The notes under the pieces were generated by a model. It did not search any database, was not told the origin of the DNA, and worked only from the letters and a program-made list of their open reading frames with translations. From assembly GCA_047947115.1 (NCBI GenBank), contig CP170459.1, positions 3,264,001-3,328,000 on the forward strand: a stretch of DNA of 64,000 nt, in the 5' to 3' direction. The translations under genes were made by a program, and so were the position numbers. Below, piece by piece: positions 38,993 through 50,089 of the stretch. The DNA is from Verrucomicrobiota bacterium (lineage in GTDB: Bacteria; Verrucomicrobiota; Verrucomicrobiia; Limisphaerales; AAA164-E04). Positions within the stretch are counted from its first letter, which is position 1. Every line of letters starts with the position of its first letter.

Positions 38993-41422
38993 TCACCGCC
39001 TCCTCATCAATTCCGATACAGCCACCACCCGAATGATATCCTTCACACGGTAATTGTTCTTTTCCGCTTCGGCCTGGATGTCTTTGAGGTCGTCCTGATC
39101 GTCCACTGTCAGCACACGGCGCAATGCATAGGTGCACAGGTGCTCGATAAAGGCTTGGGCGATCCGATCGCGATCATTGAGCAGGATCTGTTTGAACTCG
39201 TTGGCGCCATTGAAGGCACGTCCATCCGGCATAACGCCGGTTGCATCAACCAGGGGATCCTCGCCTTTGCCCTTGGGAACCCGCTCGCGTTCGCGCCATT
39301 GACCGATGGCATCGTAGTTGTCCCAGGCAAAGCCCAGTGGATCGATGTTTGCATGGCATGAGGCACAATTCACATCGGTTGCATGCACCTCCAGTCTTTG
39401 GCGGACGGTTACTTTGTCACCATCAGGCGGAACGGGTTCGATTGGATTGACATTTGCCGGTGGTGGTGGCGGTGTTTTATTGAAAATCACTTCGCTGAGC
39501 CAGACTCCTCGGTGGACCGGACGGTGGCGGGTGCCGTCCGAGGTTAATCCGAGCACAGCGCCCATCGTCAGGAGGCCGCCGCGACGGTGTTCTGGTTGGA
39601 GCGATAGGCGTTGGAAGTCGCCGGTCTGTGGCTCGGGCAGTCCGTAGAAATCACACAGCCGGGCGTTGACCACGGTCCAGTCGGAATCAATAAAATGGTC
39701 GATCGACAGATTCTTCGCGATCATCTCGCGAAAAAACTCCACCGGCTCGGCCCGCATGCTCGTCTCGAGCCAGTCGTCGTAGACCGGGTAGAGTCCCCGG
39801 TCAGGCGGGAACATGCCGACTCGGTGCAGTTGCAGCCATTGGCGGGAGAAGTCGTCGATGAAACGGTTGATTCGATCGTCCGTCAACATTCGATCCACTT
39901 CCTGCAGGAGTCCGTCGTTGTTCAAGGTTCCTTCTCTTGCCGAGGCGAAGAGTTCATCATCCGGCATGGAACTCCAAAGAAAATAAGAAAGCCGTGAGGC
40001 AAGTTCCCATTCCGTGAGATGCTCACGCGTGACGGGGGCTCCTTCGACCAGATAGATGAAATGTCTCGATGTCAGGACACGCAGCATCGCTCCGCGCCAG
40101 GCATCGCCCATTGTCTCACCTGCTTTGCGGTCGGAGCGATACGAATCCAGGTATCCTTGCAGTTCCTGCATCTGGACCGGTCGCCGCCAGGCGCGTTCGG
40201 CGAAGCGCTGCAGATGTTCGGTGACCACTTCGTCGCTTGCGTTATCAGCCGGGATCACGCCTTCGCGCCGGGCTTGTTCTGATTGCGACACCAGTGGGCC
40301 TTCCCATTCAATCCAGTCGAGAAGCACCGTGGAAAAAATTCCATTCCCGTTGCCATCGAACATTTGTGGTGCGTTGGGATTGAGGAGCAGGGTTTCGCTG
40401 CTGTGTGTAAAAGTGTAGCCACGTCCGAACGCATTGCGAAAGGCGGCACCACCTCTACGGTCAACGACATCCGTTGCTACCACGGCGAAATGCAATCCGG
40501 TCGGCATCTCGAGAAACACTTCGAACTCGTAGACACTGGGATCATCCTCCGGCGCGGTGATGTCAAACTCAATCAACCCATCCACGGTTTCCTCACTGGT
40601 TCTCAAACCGATGCTGAGATGGGCCGGTTGACCGCCGGGCGGACGGATGCCACTGGCTTGCAGTCGGAGACGGTAGAGGCCGCTTTGTTCCGGACCTGGT
40701 CTTCCAAACCAGTGGGCCTGGAAGGCACTCTGAACACGACCGGGAAAAAGAAGATACCGCAATGGACGCTTGATGCCAAAACGCTCCAGAGCTTCTATCT
40801 CCTCCTTTCCACCACCATAGCCCAACTCCGCCGCCGTCTTCCGAACCTTGCGTGATTCGCCAGAAACGGCGGGAAAGGCGCGATCCAAAACCAGTTTGGC
40901 GGCCCTGTAGTATCGATCCACATGCGATGGCGAGAGAGACAATTCCGAACCAATGCGCTCGAATCCGTGCCAAAGCGTGTCCTCATTCAATTCGCCCGGT
41001 TTGGTGGGGTCGTATCGTACGCCGAGCAGGTCGTAGACCGTGTTCTGGTATTCTTTCCGGCTCAGACGGTAATGTGCCACCGGTGGCCGAGCCGCCATGC
41101 GCGCCGCTTTGCCTGCTTTTAATTTCGTGTCGAGATCTGTAACGAATTTGGTGATTTCGTCTTGCTTGGGTTGAGGTTCTCCTTCAGGGGGCATCTCGCC
41201 GCTATTGATCTTCTCGATGACCTCCGCCCAGATATGTGAGTCCTCACCCAAGCGAAAATTGCGAGAGATCTGATCGATCCGAAGGTCGCCTTTCATCTTA
41301 TCCGGGCCGTGACAGCTCAAGCAATGCGTTTGTAGAAAAGGTTCAAACGGTTCAGATGCTGGTAGTACCGTGGCTACAGCCAAGGATGCAAGCATGACAA
41401 AACAATGACGCTCAATAATCAT
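38993..41422 (-). CDS. DUF1592-family protein with planctomycete-type cytochrome c domain (DUF1587/1595/1592/1588/1585)
   Basis: [63 protein letters not shown]. Confidence 0.93.
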   Translation of the reverse strand: MIIERHCFVMLASLAVATVLPASEPFEPFLQTHCLSCHGPDKMKGDLRIDQISRNFRLGEDSHIWAEVIEKINSGEMPPEGEPQPKQDEITKFVTDLDTKLKAGKAARMAARPPVAHYRLSRKEYQNTVYDLLGVRYDPTKPGELNEDTLWHGFERIGSELSLSPSHVDRYYRAAKLVLDRAFPAVSGESRKVRKTAAELGYGGGKEEIEALERFGIKRPLRYLLFPGRVQSAFQAHWFGRPGPEQSGLYRLRLQASGIRPPGGQPAHLSIGLRTSEETVDGLIEFDITAPEDDPSVYEFEVFLEMPTGLHFAVVATDVVDRRGGAAFRNAFGRGYTFTHSSETLLLNPNAPQMFDGNGNGIFSTVLLDWIEWEGPLVSQSEQARREGVIPADNASDEVVTEHLQRFAERAWRRPVQMQELQGYLDSYRSDRKAGETMGDAWRGAMLRVLTSRHFIYLVEGAPVTREHLTEWELASRLSYFLWSSMPDDELFASAREGTLNNDGLLQEVDRMLTDDRINRFIDDFSRQWLQLHRVGMFPPDRGLYPVYDDWLETSMRAEPVEFFREMIAKNLSIDHFIDSDWTVVNARLCDFYGLPEPQTGDFQRLSLQPEHRRGGLLTMGAVLGLTSDGTRHRPVHRGVWLSEVIFNKTPPPPPANVNPIEPVPPDGDKVTVRQRLEVHATDVNCASCHANIDPLGFAWDNYDAIGQWRERERVPKGKGEDPLVDATGVMPDGRAFNGANEFKQILLNDRDRIAQAFIEHLCTYALRRVLTVDDQDDLKDIQAEAEKNNYRVKDIIRVVAVSELMRRR

Positions 41423-41632
41423 AGCGGAATGAGAAAGGGATATACTGCGCGATTTTTAGCAACGGCTCAAGCCTGCTATTTCGGGTTGGATGCTTGATAG
41501 ATGAGAGAAAAATGGAAATTTACTTTGCAATGCAAAGTTGGAATGTTACTTTGTGTTGCAAAGCGAGTGAGGTTATCTAACCCGGAACTTTGGTGTTCAT
41601 CATTTTCGCATTGAAATAATTTCCAAATAACA

Positions 41633-42733
41633 ATGAAAGACAACAGTCGAATCCGTAAAAATCTACTCCTGATGTTGACCATGACCCTGTTCATGATCTC
41701 CATCTTGCTGGAACCGCAAGCTCAGGACAAAGGACCTGAAACTTCGCTGACTTGGAACGATCTGGGTTTAGGTGGCGTACCTGAAGGAGTTTCAACCGAC
41801 GAGCTTGTCATGATCGAAAGCCTTGAGGAAGGGCGGGGGACATGGGAATTTGAAGGCAGGATCATGCAGGACCGGGGCCCGATTCCGATTCAGGGAAAAA
41901 TGGATATCACGGGCTCTCTAAAGGGCGGTATGCTTCCTATGTGGGCGCTGACCTTGAATTGGCCGCGAGAGGATCCCGAGCATGCCATTTTTTATTCGAT
42001 CATGGTCGCGCCTGAAAACAAACAGATCGAATTGATGCTTTTCCGCATAGGCCCCGTCAGAGTCGGTGCTGAAGGCAAACCTACCAAAGATGACTTGGTG
42101 AAAGCACAACGCATCCCGTTCAAGGGGGACTGGGATTTGGAACACAGAAGAATCCTTTGGAAACAGAGCAGGTTGCCCGGAAAAATGGGTGTAAAAGATG
42201 AGCCTGATCAGTTAAAATCTCAAACTTTGGAGATGGAATCTTTCGAAATGATCCTGGCAGACAACGGATCGGTAACCATTCAAAATACAAAGAGTGACGT
42301 TGGAGGATTCGAAATTTCAGGAAAAACAACAGCCCGCATGGGCGACCCGGTGGTAAAGGAAACCCTGGCTTATAACAGAGACATGCGCTTTGCGACCAGA
42401 GACGATGTTTCGGAAGCTCATATCAAGCCGTACATTCCTGGCGCGGCAGTGGACATTACTCTCAACCTGCAGAGGAACGGTCATTACGCTCTTTACAAAA
42501 TCGGCGAAAAGGATTTTCTCAAATTTTTGGATGACCTGTGGCAAGGAAAAGAAAGAGAAAAGGGCGTGGCCGTCAACCAACGAGAAATGGCCAAGCACTT
42601 TGAGCGACTCGGATGGGAACCTTTTGAAAACGCCATCTCATACAACAGCCCCAGCAAGCCTAATGGCGCTATGAGTAACTATTACTACAATGCGAAGACT
42701 GGCATGGTTTTTGAAAATACTGGATACTGGTAG
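41633..42733 (+). CDS. Hypothetical secreted protein
   Basis: 366-aa ORF with signal peptide; no recognised motif. Confidence 0.7.
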   Translation: MKDNSRIRKNLLLMLTMTLFMISILLEPQAQDKGPETSLTWNDLGLGGVPEGVSTDELVMIESLEEGRGTWEFEGRIMQDRGPIPIQGKMDITGSLKGGMLPMWALTLNWPREDPEHAIFYSIMVAPENKQIELMLFRIGPVRVGAEGKPTKDDLVKAQRIPFKGDWDLEHRRILWKQSRLPGKMGVKDEPDQLKSQTLEMESFEMILADNGSVTIQNTKSDVGGFEISGKTTARMGDPVVKETLAYNRDMRFATRDDVSEAHIKPYIPGAAVDITLNLQRNGHYALYKIGEKDFLKFLDDLWQGKEREKGVAVNQREMAKHFERLGWEPFENAISYNSPSKPNGAMSNYYYNAKTGMVFENTGYW

Positions 42734-42759
42734 AATGATTCCGGAGGCTTGCTTTTTTG

Positions 42760-42866
42760 GTAGCTGTTAGCTGTTAGCTGTTAGTGGTTAGTGGTTAGTG
42801 GTTAGCTAATGGCTGATGGCTAATGGCTAATGGCTAATGGCTAATGGCTAATGGCTAATGGCTAAC
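42760..42866. repeat. Head-to-head inverted 7-bp arrays, (TTAGnnn)7 then (CTAAnnn)9, with no cargo
   Basis: TTAGCTG/TTAGTGG units, centre TTAGCTAA at 42802-09, then CTAATGG units; lies between convergent stop codons. Confidence 0.95.
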
Positions 42867-42876
42867 CTCTTTTAGC

Positions 42877-44280
42877 TTACCCGATGATCTCATTTATGGG
42901 CCCGTTGCCTTCTTCGACCAAAAGTGAGACGGGCCCGAGTTCGGGGAGGAACATTTTGGTGTGATCGATGCCGAGTTGGTGGAGGATGGTGGCATGGAGG
43001 TCGCTGTAGTAGTGACGGTTTTCGACCGCCTCATAACCCACTTCGTCGGTGGCTCCGTGGACCACGCCACCTTTGATGCCGCCACCTGCCATCCATGAGG
43101 TGTAGCCTTTGGGGTTATGATCGCGGCCGGTGGTGTTTTGCGACCAGGGCGTGCGTCCGAATTCACTCGTCCAGACGACCAGTGTGTCGTTCAGCATTCC
43201 ACGCTGCTTGAGGTCTTTGATCAGTCCTGCGATCGGCTTGTCCGTGGCTCGGCAATGTGGCGCGTGTTCCTTCATGTCGCCATGGGCATCCCATCCACCG
43301 TTGCCGCCGCCTGCGTGGCAGATTTGAATGAACCGCACGCCTCGCTCGGCCAGGCGGCGCGCGAGCAGTAATTGTTTTCCAAATGACTGCGTGTGATCTT
43401 GGTCAATGCCGTAGAGTGATTGTATATGCGCCGGTTCACCGTTGAGATCGACCGCCTCGGGTGCGGATAATTGCATGCTGGCTGCGAGTTCGTATGCTTT
43501 GATTCTGGCTTGGATATTCGAGTCAATCGAGTAGCGGCGGTGAAAATCGGCGTTCATCTTTTCCAGCACTTGCATTTGACGGTCACGTTCGGTTGCCGAT
43601 CCTGTCTTGGGAGGGTGAAGGTTTGGTATGGGCGTTTCATTGGCCTGAAAAGGCGTCGCGGAAACGGAAGCACCCAGGTAGCCTCCGGTGAGCTGCACTG
43701 GTGACGAGGGGCGTCCGATGTTGACGAAGCTCGGCAGGTTCTTGTTCGCGCTGCCAAGTGCATGGGTTACCCAACTACCGAAGGATGGGTGATCAAATGC
43801 TCGGCCTCGGTGACCGGTGGTGGTTTCGATCACGGCAGGAAAATGATTACCTTCGTGGCCCCACATGGACCTGACAACCGCAATCTCATCGATGACGCTT
43901 CCGACATGTGGGAACCAATCCGAAACGGGCGTTCCGGACTGACCGTAGCGCGTAAAAGTGCGAAGACAGGGGATGACGGGACGCCGCATCTCGGCAAGGT
44001 TGTCCCCAAATCCGATGGCGTCGATGAATTTGCCGGCGTGTTCGTTGCCTTTCGGATCAAATGTGTCGATATGGCTGACGCCACCGCACATGAATAGAAA
44101 AATAACCGATTTGGCTTTCGGTTGAAAATGGGGGCCCAGCATGGCGTCCTTGATGTCCCCTCCTTCCGCCCAGATGCCGCCCAGTGCTGCACCGAGAAAA
44201 CCGCCACCCGCGCGATGGAGAAAATGACGTCGTGAAATTCGCCTGTGTGGAAGTGAGTATGGATTCAAATCAGCGGACAT
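42877..44280 (-). CDS. DUF1501 domain protein (Tat-exported)
   Basis: SRRHFL, AKSVIFLFM.GG.SH.DTFDPK, LLARRL.ERGVRF, WD.H, EFGRTP, GRDH; ATG 44280 overlaps the upstream stop. Confidence 0.93.
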   Translation of the reverse strand: MSADLNPYSLPHRRISRRHFLHRAGGGFLGAALGGIWAEGGDIKDAMLGPHFQPKAKSVIFLFMCGGVSHIDTFDPKGNEHAGKFIDAIGFGDNLAEMRRPVIPCLRTFTRYGQSGTPVSDWFPHVGSVIDEIAVVRSMWGHEGNHFPAVIETTTGHRGRAFDHPSFGSWVTHALGSANKNLPSFVNIGRPSSPVQLTGGYLGASVSATPFQANETPIPNLHPPKTGSATERDRQMQVLEKMNADFHRRYSIDSNIQARIKAYELAASMQLSAPEAVDLNGEPAHIQSLYGIDQDHTQSFGKQLLLARRLAERGVRFIQICHAGGGNGGWDAHGDMKEHAPHCRATDKPIAGLIKDLKQRGMLNDTLVVWTSEFGRTPWSQNTTGRDHNPKGYTSWMAGGGIKGGVVHGATDEVGYEAVENRHYYSDLHATILHQLGIDHTKMFLPELGPVSLLVEEGNGPINEIIG

Positions 44281-46477
44281 AGATGAATTCGTCGAGGTTG
44301 AAGAGGAGCCAGGCAAGCTGCTTGAGGCGCTTGGAATCGTTTTCGAGATAATGCATTGCCACTCTTGTTTCCGTTTCCGTTGGTGGCCTTGCGACGGTCA
44401 GCCGATAGCCGAGTTCTACCGCTTTGTTCAGGTCGCCATCCGCCATTCCGTGGACCCGGTCGGCGAACTGGATGGAAGCGTCTTCGATTTCCGGACTGTT
44501 CATCAGGAACAGGGACTGCGGTGCAGTGACTGTTTGCGTTCGGATGGGGCAGGGCTCTCGTCCGTCGTCCACATCGAAGGTTTGCAGGAAATTGGGTGTT
44601 ACGTCCCGACTCGCCGAATAACCACGCGTGATATAAACGCCTCGCCGTTGCTTCGCTGTGTCATCGCTCGGGGTAAAAGACGAGCCGCCCACGGTCAGGT
44701 CAAGATGGTCCGCCGCAGAGTGGATGGAATCCCAGATTACTTCGGCTTCAAGTCGTTGCAGCGGGAAGTGCCAAAGGTGATCATTGCCCGGATCGATTGC
44801 CTGCGAATCAGCGAATTCAGGTCCAGTATCCGACGCCATTTGGTATGCCTCTGAAGTCACTATGAGTCGGTGCATGTGTTTCATGCTGTATCCGCTGCTT
44901 ACGAATTCCGCGGCCAGCCAGTCGAGCAATCCCGGATGCGTTGGTCTGCCTGCTTGATTCCCGAAATCGCTGGTCTGCTTGTGTAATCCCTTGCCAAAAT
45001 GCCACTGCCATATTCGGTTTACAGCGACACGGGCGAAAAGTGGATTATCTGGGGCGGTGAGCCAGTCTGCAAAAGCCTCGATACGGCCTTCGCGAAAGTC
45101 AATATCGCCTTCTGCAAAAGGCCAGCCGGGCTTTACCTCGTTCTTCAATTCAGGGCGCGCCGGATCAGCACTGGTTAGAACGTAGCTGGGTTGCCTTTCG
45201 CGAATACGATCCGTTTCCACGGTATAAAAGACCGGAATGCGCGGGGCGGGACGACGATTTTTGTTTGCTTCACTAAGACGCTCTTGCAGCGCGCGGGATT
45301 GATTGCGCACCTCTTCGGGGAGAATCTCGTTGATTTTGCCGCCGTCGATTCGGAGGATCGGGAAGTAGTCGTCGGCGATCTTCTGTTCTTCGATGGTGCG
45401 CTTGCTTTCGGGCTTGAGAATCACAGTACGCACTTCCGGCGGCAGCATCTCGACGCGTTCATCATAGAGACGTTTCTTGAAGGGGGCCAGGAGCTCCTCT
45501 AATTCCCTTTCCAATGGAGCGCGCGCCTTTTGCGATTCTGCAATGACCTTGCCGGCTTCGAGCAGCGTTTCCGCGCTTGCCAACGTCACCTTTCTTAAAA
45601 CCAGAGGATCAAACAACGCCTTCATGGAGTAGTAGTCTCTCATTGAAATGGGGTCAAACATGTGATCGTGGCATTTGGCGCAGGCAACGGTCATCCCCAT
45701 GAACGCGGAAGAAATGGTGTCTACTGCGTTGATCGCCAGATTGCCCCCACTGCCTCGTGCAAGAAATCCCAGCGCGAACATGTCGCCGGGCCGTGGTTCC
45801 TTTTCCGAGCGATAGCCGGTTGCCGACATGCGTGTACGTTCGTTAGCACGCCTTCCTGTCAACTGGATCTGAACAAAATCGTCGTAAGGAAGATCGTCGT
45901 GTAACGCGCCGATGATCCAGTCCCTCCATAGGTAAATTCCAGGGGCGGCCGTCATGCCAGTATCCGTATCTGCATATCGTAACACATCCAACCAATGACG
46001 CGCATAACGCACGGCGTGTTGTTCGCTGTCGAGCAGTTTGGTGACGACTTTTTCGTAGGCATTCTCCGATGTGTCCGCGAGGAATGCCTGCTGCTCTGCT
46101 GGAGATGGCGGTAGCCCCACCAGATCAAGATAAACCCGGCGCAAAAGAATCAGTTTATCGGCCGGATCAACGGTTTTCAGTTCAAGGGCTCGACGGCTTT
46201 CCGCAAGGAACCGATCGACCGGATGCTTGGAACCCCCGTCGCCCTGAGGGATTTTCGGAGTGACAATGGGTCGTAACGACCATAAAAGCTCCGTTGAAAT
46301 CTTGCTTTGACGTTCCTGCGCTTGGGCGACGAGCAAAAACCATGAGTTGAAATAGGCACAGGAGACAAACAGCAACAGGCTCGAAACCATGTTTCGTCTT
46401 CGGTTGCTCCTTCGAACGTTCCTGGGATTCCTGTTGAATGGCCTCATCATTTCGAGTGGACAAATCCAGATCGTCAT
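44270..46477 (-). CDS. DUF1549/DUF1553 (PSD1) domain protein
   Basis: LLRRVYLDLVGLPP, RHWLDVLRYADT, CAKCHDH.FDP, NPLFARV.VNR.WQWHFG.G, PTHP.LLDWLA; start uncertain. Confidence 0.92.
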   Translation of the reverse strand: MTIWICPLEMMRPFNRNPRNVRRSNRRRNMVSSLLLFVSCAYFNSWFLLVAQAQERQSKISTELLWSLRPIVTPKIPQGDGGSKHPVDRFLAESRRALELKTVDPADKLILLRRVYLDLVGLPPSPAEQQAFLADTSENAYEKVVTKLLDSEQHAVRYARHWLDVLRYADTDTGMTAAPGIYLWRDWIIGALHDDLPYDDFVQIQLTGRRANERTRMSATGYRSEKEPRPGDMFALGFLARGSGGNLAINAVDTISSAFMGMTVACAKCHDHMFDPISMRDYYSMKALFDPLVLRKVTLASAETLLEAGKVIAESQKARAPLERELEELLAPFKKRLYDERVEMLPPEVRTVILKPESKRTIEEQKIADDYFPILRIDGGKINEILPEEVRNQSRALQERLSEANKNRRPAPRIPVFYTVETDRIRERQPSYVLTSADPARPELKNEVKPGWPFAEGDIDFREGRIEAFADWLTAPDNPLFARVAVNRIWQWHFGKGLHKQTSDFGNQAGRPTHPGLLDWLAAEFVSSGYSMKHMHRLIVTSEAYQMASDTGPEFADSQAIDPGNDHLWHFPLQRLEAEVIWDSIHSAADHLDLTVGGSSFTPSDDTAKQRRGVYITRGYSASRDVTPNFLQTFDVDDGREPCPIRTQTVTAPQSLFLMNSPEIEDASIQFADRVHGMADGDLNKAVELGYRLTVARPPTETETRVAMHYLENDSKRLKQLAWLLFNLDEFIYVR

Positions 46478-46709
46478 CGACCTCCGGTTGAATTCCGAAT
46501 GCTAATGAGCCCATTTTGATTGTCGAGTAGATTTCCATATCACACTTCATGGCTAACAAGGGTATGCGGGGCAGGGTGATGGTATCTGGGATTTGGAAAT
46601 CACATTCAGTTGGGTAACGTGAGCAATGAGCACGTTTATAGCAGTTCCATATTGTTGAACCAGGATAATGGAGCTTGCTTAATTATGCATAGGAAGACTA
46701 CTGTGATGG

Positions 46710-47285
46710 ATGTTGAATGCCGTGTTGGTTGTAATTCGCCCTGAGATTGGATGGGCAAGAGTCGCTAGGAGAGAAGAAAACTTTTTGGTGGTCGCGTTGA
46801 TCGAGTGGGTGCTACTTGCCTTAGTGACGATGGGGTTTGAAAGTTGGGGCATGATTGAGCTGGGGGCGGGGAAAAACAGCATTGGAGGCGCTTACAACTT
46901 GTCGTTAGGCAGGATTCTTAATTATCAGATTGTCTACCTCTTATTATTCTCTTTGTTTGTTTGTGTTGCATCTGTGTTGATATATTTTTCAGTTAAGAAA
47001 GATATTATTCAATGTGGTTTTTATTACTTGGCTGGTGTGGTTGTCTATCTTTCATGTCCTGTGCTGCTCATGAAAATGCTGGATGCTTTTCCTGGGGTAA
47101 ATACCTGGGTTTGTTTTATGATGGCGATAGTTTTGATTGTGGTTTCCACGTATGCTGCAATACCTAAGATTCTGTTTCCGAACGTAACGGATGGCTTTTC
47201 AATATTTATTATAATATCATTAATTTTATGTGGAATGCTTTTTTGTTGTCACTTCATTAATGTTATTAAATTGAAAATTGGATGA
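46710..47285 (+). CDS. Yip1-like multi-pass membrane protein (AT-rich gene)
   Basis: N-terminal VIRPEIGW motif and about five hydrophobic helices. Confidence 0.6.
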   Translation: MLNAVLVVIRPEIGWARVARREENFLVVALIEWVLLALVTMGFESWGMIELGAGKNSIGGAYNLSLGRILNYQIVYLLLFSLFVCVASVLIYFSVKKDIIQCGFYYLAGVVVYLSCPVLLMKMLDAFPGVNTWVCFMMAIVLIVVSTYAAIPKILFPNVTDGFSIFIIISLILCGMLFCCHFINVIKLKIG

Positions 47286-47312
47286 AGAAATATAAAAATT
47301 CAATTTAATTAT

Positions 47313-47660
47313 TTAATGGCATACAACCATCTGTTTTAATTTTTTTAATTTTTTTTCCGAAAGTCGTATATTTAATATTCGCTTTATAAAGTTGGCATCC
47401 CTGTGGTGCAGATAGTTCAAACTGCATAATTCCGAGTGAAATTCTCTGTCGCTATTTGTATTGGCAATTGAAAGGAGTGCGTTCTTCTCAGCTCTGACAA
47501 AATTCGGGTGGATCAACGCTATTATCTTGAAAAAGAGCGTCAAAGGAAAAAACCACCAATGGCAATTCCACAAGACTTGTTCATAAAATTTCGTTTCATT
47601 GCATTTGTAATATTTGCAATATGCATCTATAAAAGAATCGTTCCATGATGTAGTGAACAT
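47313..47660 (-). CDS. Hypothetical protein (AT-rich gene)
   Basis: 115-aa ORF in an AT-rich tract where long ORFs are unlikely by chance. Confidence 0.6.
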   Translation of the reverse strand: MFTTSWNDSFIDAYCKYYKCNETKFYEQVLWNCHWWFFPLTLFFKIIALIHPNFVRAEKNALLSIANTNSDREFHSELCSLNYLHHRDANFIKRILNIRLSEKKLKKLKQMVVCH

Positions 47661-47989
47661 ATTAATTATTTATTTTTGTTATGCTTCTGTCAGGCCTGTG
47701 ATGCCCGGTCGCGCGGGTAAGGTGAAACTGAGTTCTTTTGAACATGCATTGGAGAAAACCAGCCTTATCGGATAGTCGCACGCGTGGCGAATAATGCAAG
47801 TTGTATTATTTTTTGATTGTTCCGGGCGGGAGATGTTCCATCTTGAATGTCTTCTCAAGCTGTTGGTAAGCTAACGCCCGCATGGGGGCGGTCTCGTCAA
47901 TCAATGAGTGTATCCGTTTAAGGTCGTGTGAGTCTCGAAGGTTTGAATGCCAAGGTTTACCTGATCATTGGTATCTCCACAACCCTTCG

Positions 47990-49177
47990 TGTGGTGCTTC
48001 TGTCATCAAGTGTGAATTCGATCAGCGATGCCTAAGAAATCCAGTTCATTTTTCAGTCTTGAGTCCAGTTGCTTCATCCAGGTTAAGACGAAAAGAAAGG
48101 TAAACACATCTCGGAATGAAAGTCTGCGTTTTGCCAGCCCGGCTTGCATGGCAGGGGTGCGAGTTTCTGGACCAAACTTCAAAGCTCGATGTGGTCTCAG
48201 AAAGTTGTAATGACACCGAAGAATGTCCAATTGCTTTTCGAGGAATTCCTCAAACCGAGCGAAGCAGGTTGTTCGTATGGTCAGGAATGAAGTTGATTGC
48301 CGGATGGTCAAATTAAGCCTTTCGATAAAGGAGGTGTTGAGGATTTCTGAGTCTTCTGAATTCTGCAGCGCTTTTTCAAAACCCCGTTTGTCACCAATGA
48401 TCATTCTTCGGTCGACTTTGGTGACGCGATCATTCCTGCGAGTCTTGATCACTTGTCCATACAGGCATTTACCAAAGCACTTGCGAATAGCGCGCTCATA
48501 AAATTTATATCCATCGGTGGTAATGAGCGGAATTCGTTGTGGATCTGTTAGTTTGGATATCGATCGTATGACGAATTTGGTGTTTTCGTAATTCCTGGAT
48601 CCAATGACTGTTCCAGGCCAAAAGCGCGACCAGACATCCATTGTGGCAAAAATCCAAGAGGCCTTCCTTTTGTTTCCAGTGAAAGATCGGATTTCATCAG
48701 CTTGGATCTCCCTGATATCCATATCCCGAGTATTGTCCCTATTAAATTGTCGGCAGGATTTTGCGGCCTTTTACAACCATCGATGAACCGAATTCCAGCC
48801 GATGGATTGGACTCTGGAGATAGCTGATTTGTTTACACCTTCGACGCTCAAGCTGGCCACTTGATCGAACTTGGATCTGGGGTGTTGTATCCGGAAATAA
48901 GGAGTCCCGACAGTCGATGAGAAAGTGGTCCGGCAGACTTGGCATCGAAAACTTCTCCTCTTTCCGGATTTGGTTTTGTAGTACCCATACGGGGAGATTT
49001 GGGCAGCGGAATTGCCTTTACGGCTCTGACAATTATGGTTGGGGCAAGTTCGATTCATCTTAAGAGATGTTGACAATAGATCTGTTTTTCGTTTGATCAA
49101 TGTCCAACCTCCTCAAGTGGAGTAGGGTGCGTTGCCAAAATTGGGCTGTTTTCACAGTCGATGGCAGAAGCATCACA
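47990..49177 (-). mobile_element. IS1-family insertion sequence
   Basis: 27-bp terminal inverted repeats (47990-48016 TGTGGTGCTTCTGTCATCAAGTGTGAA; 49151-49177) with 4 mismatches; no target duplication seen. Confidence 0.85.
48006..49058 (-). pseudogene. IS1-family transposase with in-frame TAA
   Basis: CP..C...C.VC zinc finger plus HTH, in frame with the DDE part (QADE, TTDG, IER.NLT.R); TAA at 48771-73 in RWL*KAA. Confidence 0.85.
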
Positions 49178-49189
49178 ACGAGTTAGTAG

Positions 49190-49278
49190 TGGTACCGGTG
49201 GTCGGACTCGAACCGACACGAGGTTTAACCCTCCCAAGATTTTAAGTCTTGTGCGTCTGCCAATTTCGCCACACCGGC
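49190..49278 (-). tRNA. tRNA-Leu (anticodon TAA)
   Basis: GCCGGTG acceptor stem, TGGCGAAATTGGCAGACGC D arm, CAAGA-CTTAAAA-TCTTG anticodon arm, long variable arm, GGTTCGAGTCC, encoded CCA. Confidence 0.97.
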
Positions 49279-49510
49279 TTGTGTGTGTCTAAGAGTGCTG
49301 TTGGCTGCAGCGGGGAAACGCTAGCAGATTAAAAAACGATGAGGCAAGCTCCCTTTTGAACTGAATGTAGGGTGGGATTTTCGAAGCTGTTGGCTGGCCT
49401 TTTTGAGCTTACAATCACGGCTGGTAGCCCTGAGGGGCGCCTCGGGGACGACACGATCTACCTATTTCCTCTTGGAACGCCTCAAAGTTCCCTTCAAATG
49501 CCCCGCTGAT

Positions 49511-49864
49511 TCAGACATCGAAGGATTTGCCACATCCGCAGGAGTGTTTGGCGCGGGGGTTGGTCAGTTTGAATCCTCCCTGGTTGAGGCTGTCGGAGAA
49601 GTCAATGACGGATCCCTGGAGGTATTCAGCACTGATTTGGTCGATGATCAGGTCCACGTTGTGCATGTTCCATTGGGTGTCTCCGTCGCGGACTTCGTCA
49701 AAGACCAGCCCATATTGCATGCCCGAGCATCCGCCTTTCTCTATGTACACACGCAATGGTTTGCCCTGATTTTCGGGTTGGTTTTGTTGCATGTCCCGAA
49801 TTTCGTCGGCCGCTTGTTCGGTGATGGTCAGTATGGGGCGTTCGGTTGAAACTGTCTCACTCAT
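49511..49864 (-). CDS. Iron-sulfur cluster assembly accessory protein (HesB/IscA/ErpA family)
   Basis: GGCSGMQY, NP.A..SCGCGKSF. Confidence 0.95.
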   Translation of the reverse strand: MSETVSTERPILTITEQAADEIRDMQQNQPENQGKPLRVYIEKGGCSGMQYGLVFDEVRDGDTQWNMHNVDLIIDQISAEYLQGSVIDFSDSLNQGGFKLTNPRAKHSCGCGKSFDV

Positions 49865-50089
49865 AATTTTGGGGTGAAGCTATCGTGACTTTGGCTGGGT
49901 GTCAAATGTCGTAAACTCACCTTGACGATAGCGATGGTGGAATGCTTGCCGAAAGCAAGTTCGATTTCCTCAATCCAGGTTTTCGCAAATAGAAGATCGC
50001 CAAGGACGCAAAGTCTATTTTTCTGAACTTTTGATTGTTGATCTGTCCGCTGACGAAGTAGGGGCTAAGCCTTTGAGGGTTCGAATGAT

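Noticed and set aside
36942..42866. Tandem arrays as CRISPR or as part of a diversity-generating retroelement
   Set aside because: Units are 7 bp with no unique spacers and no cas genes. No reverse transcriptase or TR/VR pair is visible despite the Avd-like fold.
47661..47989. Possible ncRNA or riboswitch between the AT-rich gene and the IS
   Set aside because: No recognisable conserved motif or convincing structure; an Rfam search would be needed.
48723..48773. Programmed insA/insB frameshift in the IS1 element
   Set aside because: The two ORFs are in the same frame separated by one TAA, so no frameshift is needed.
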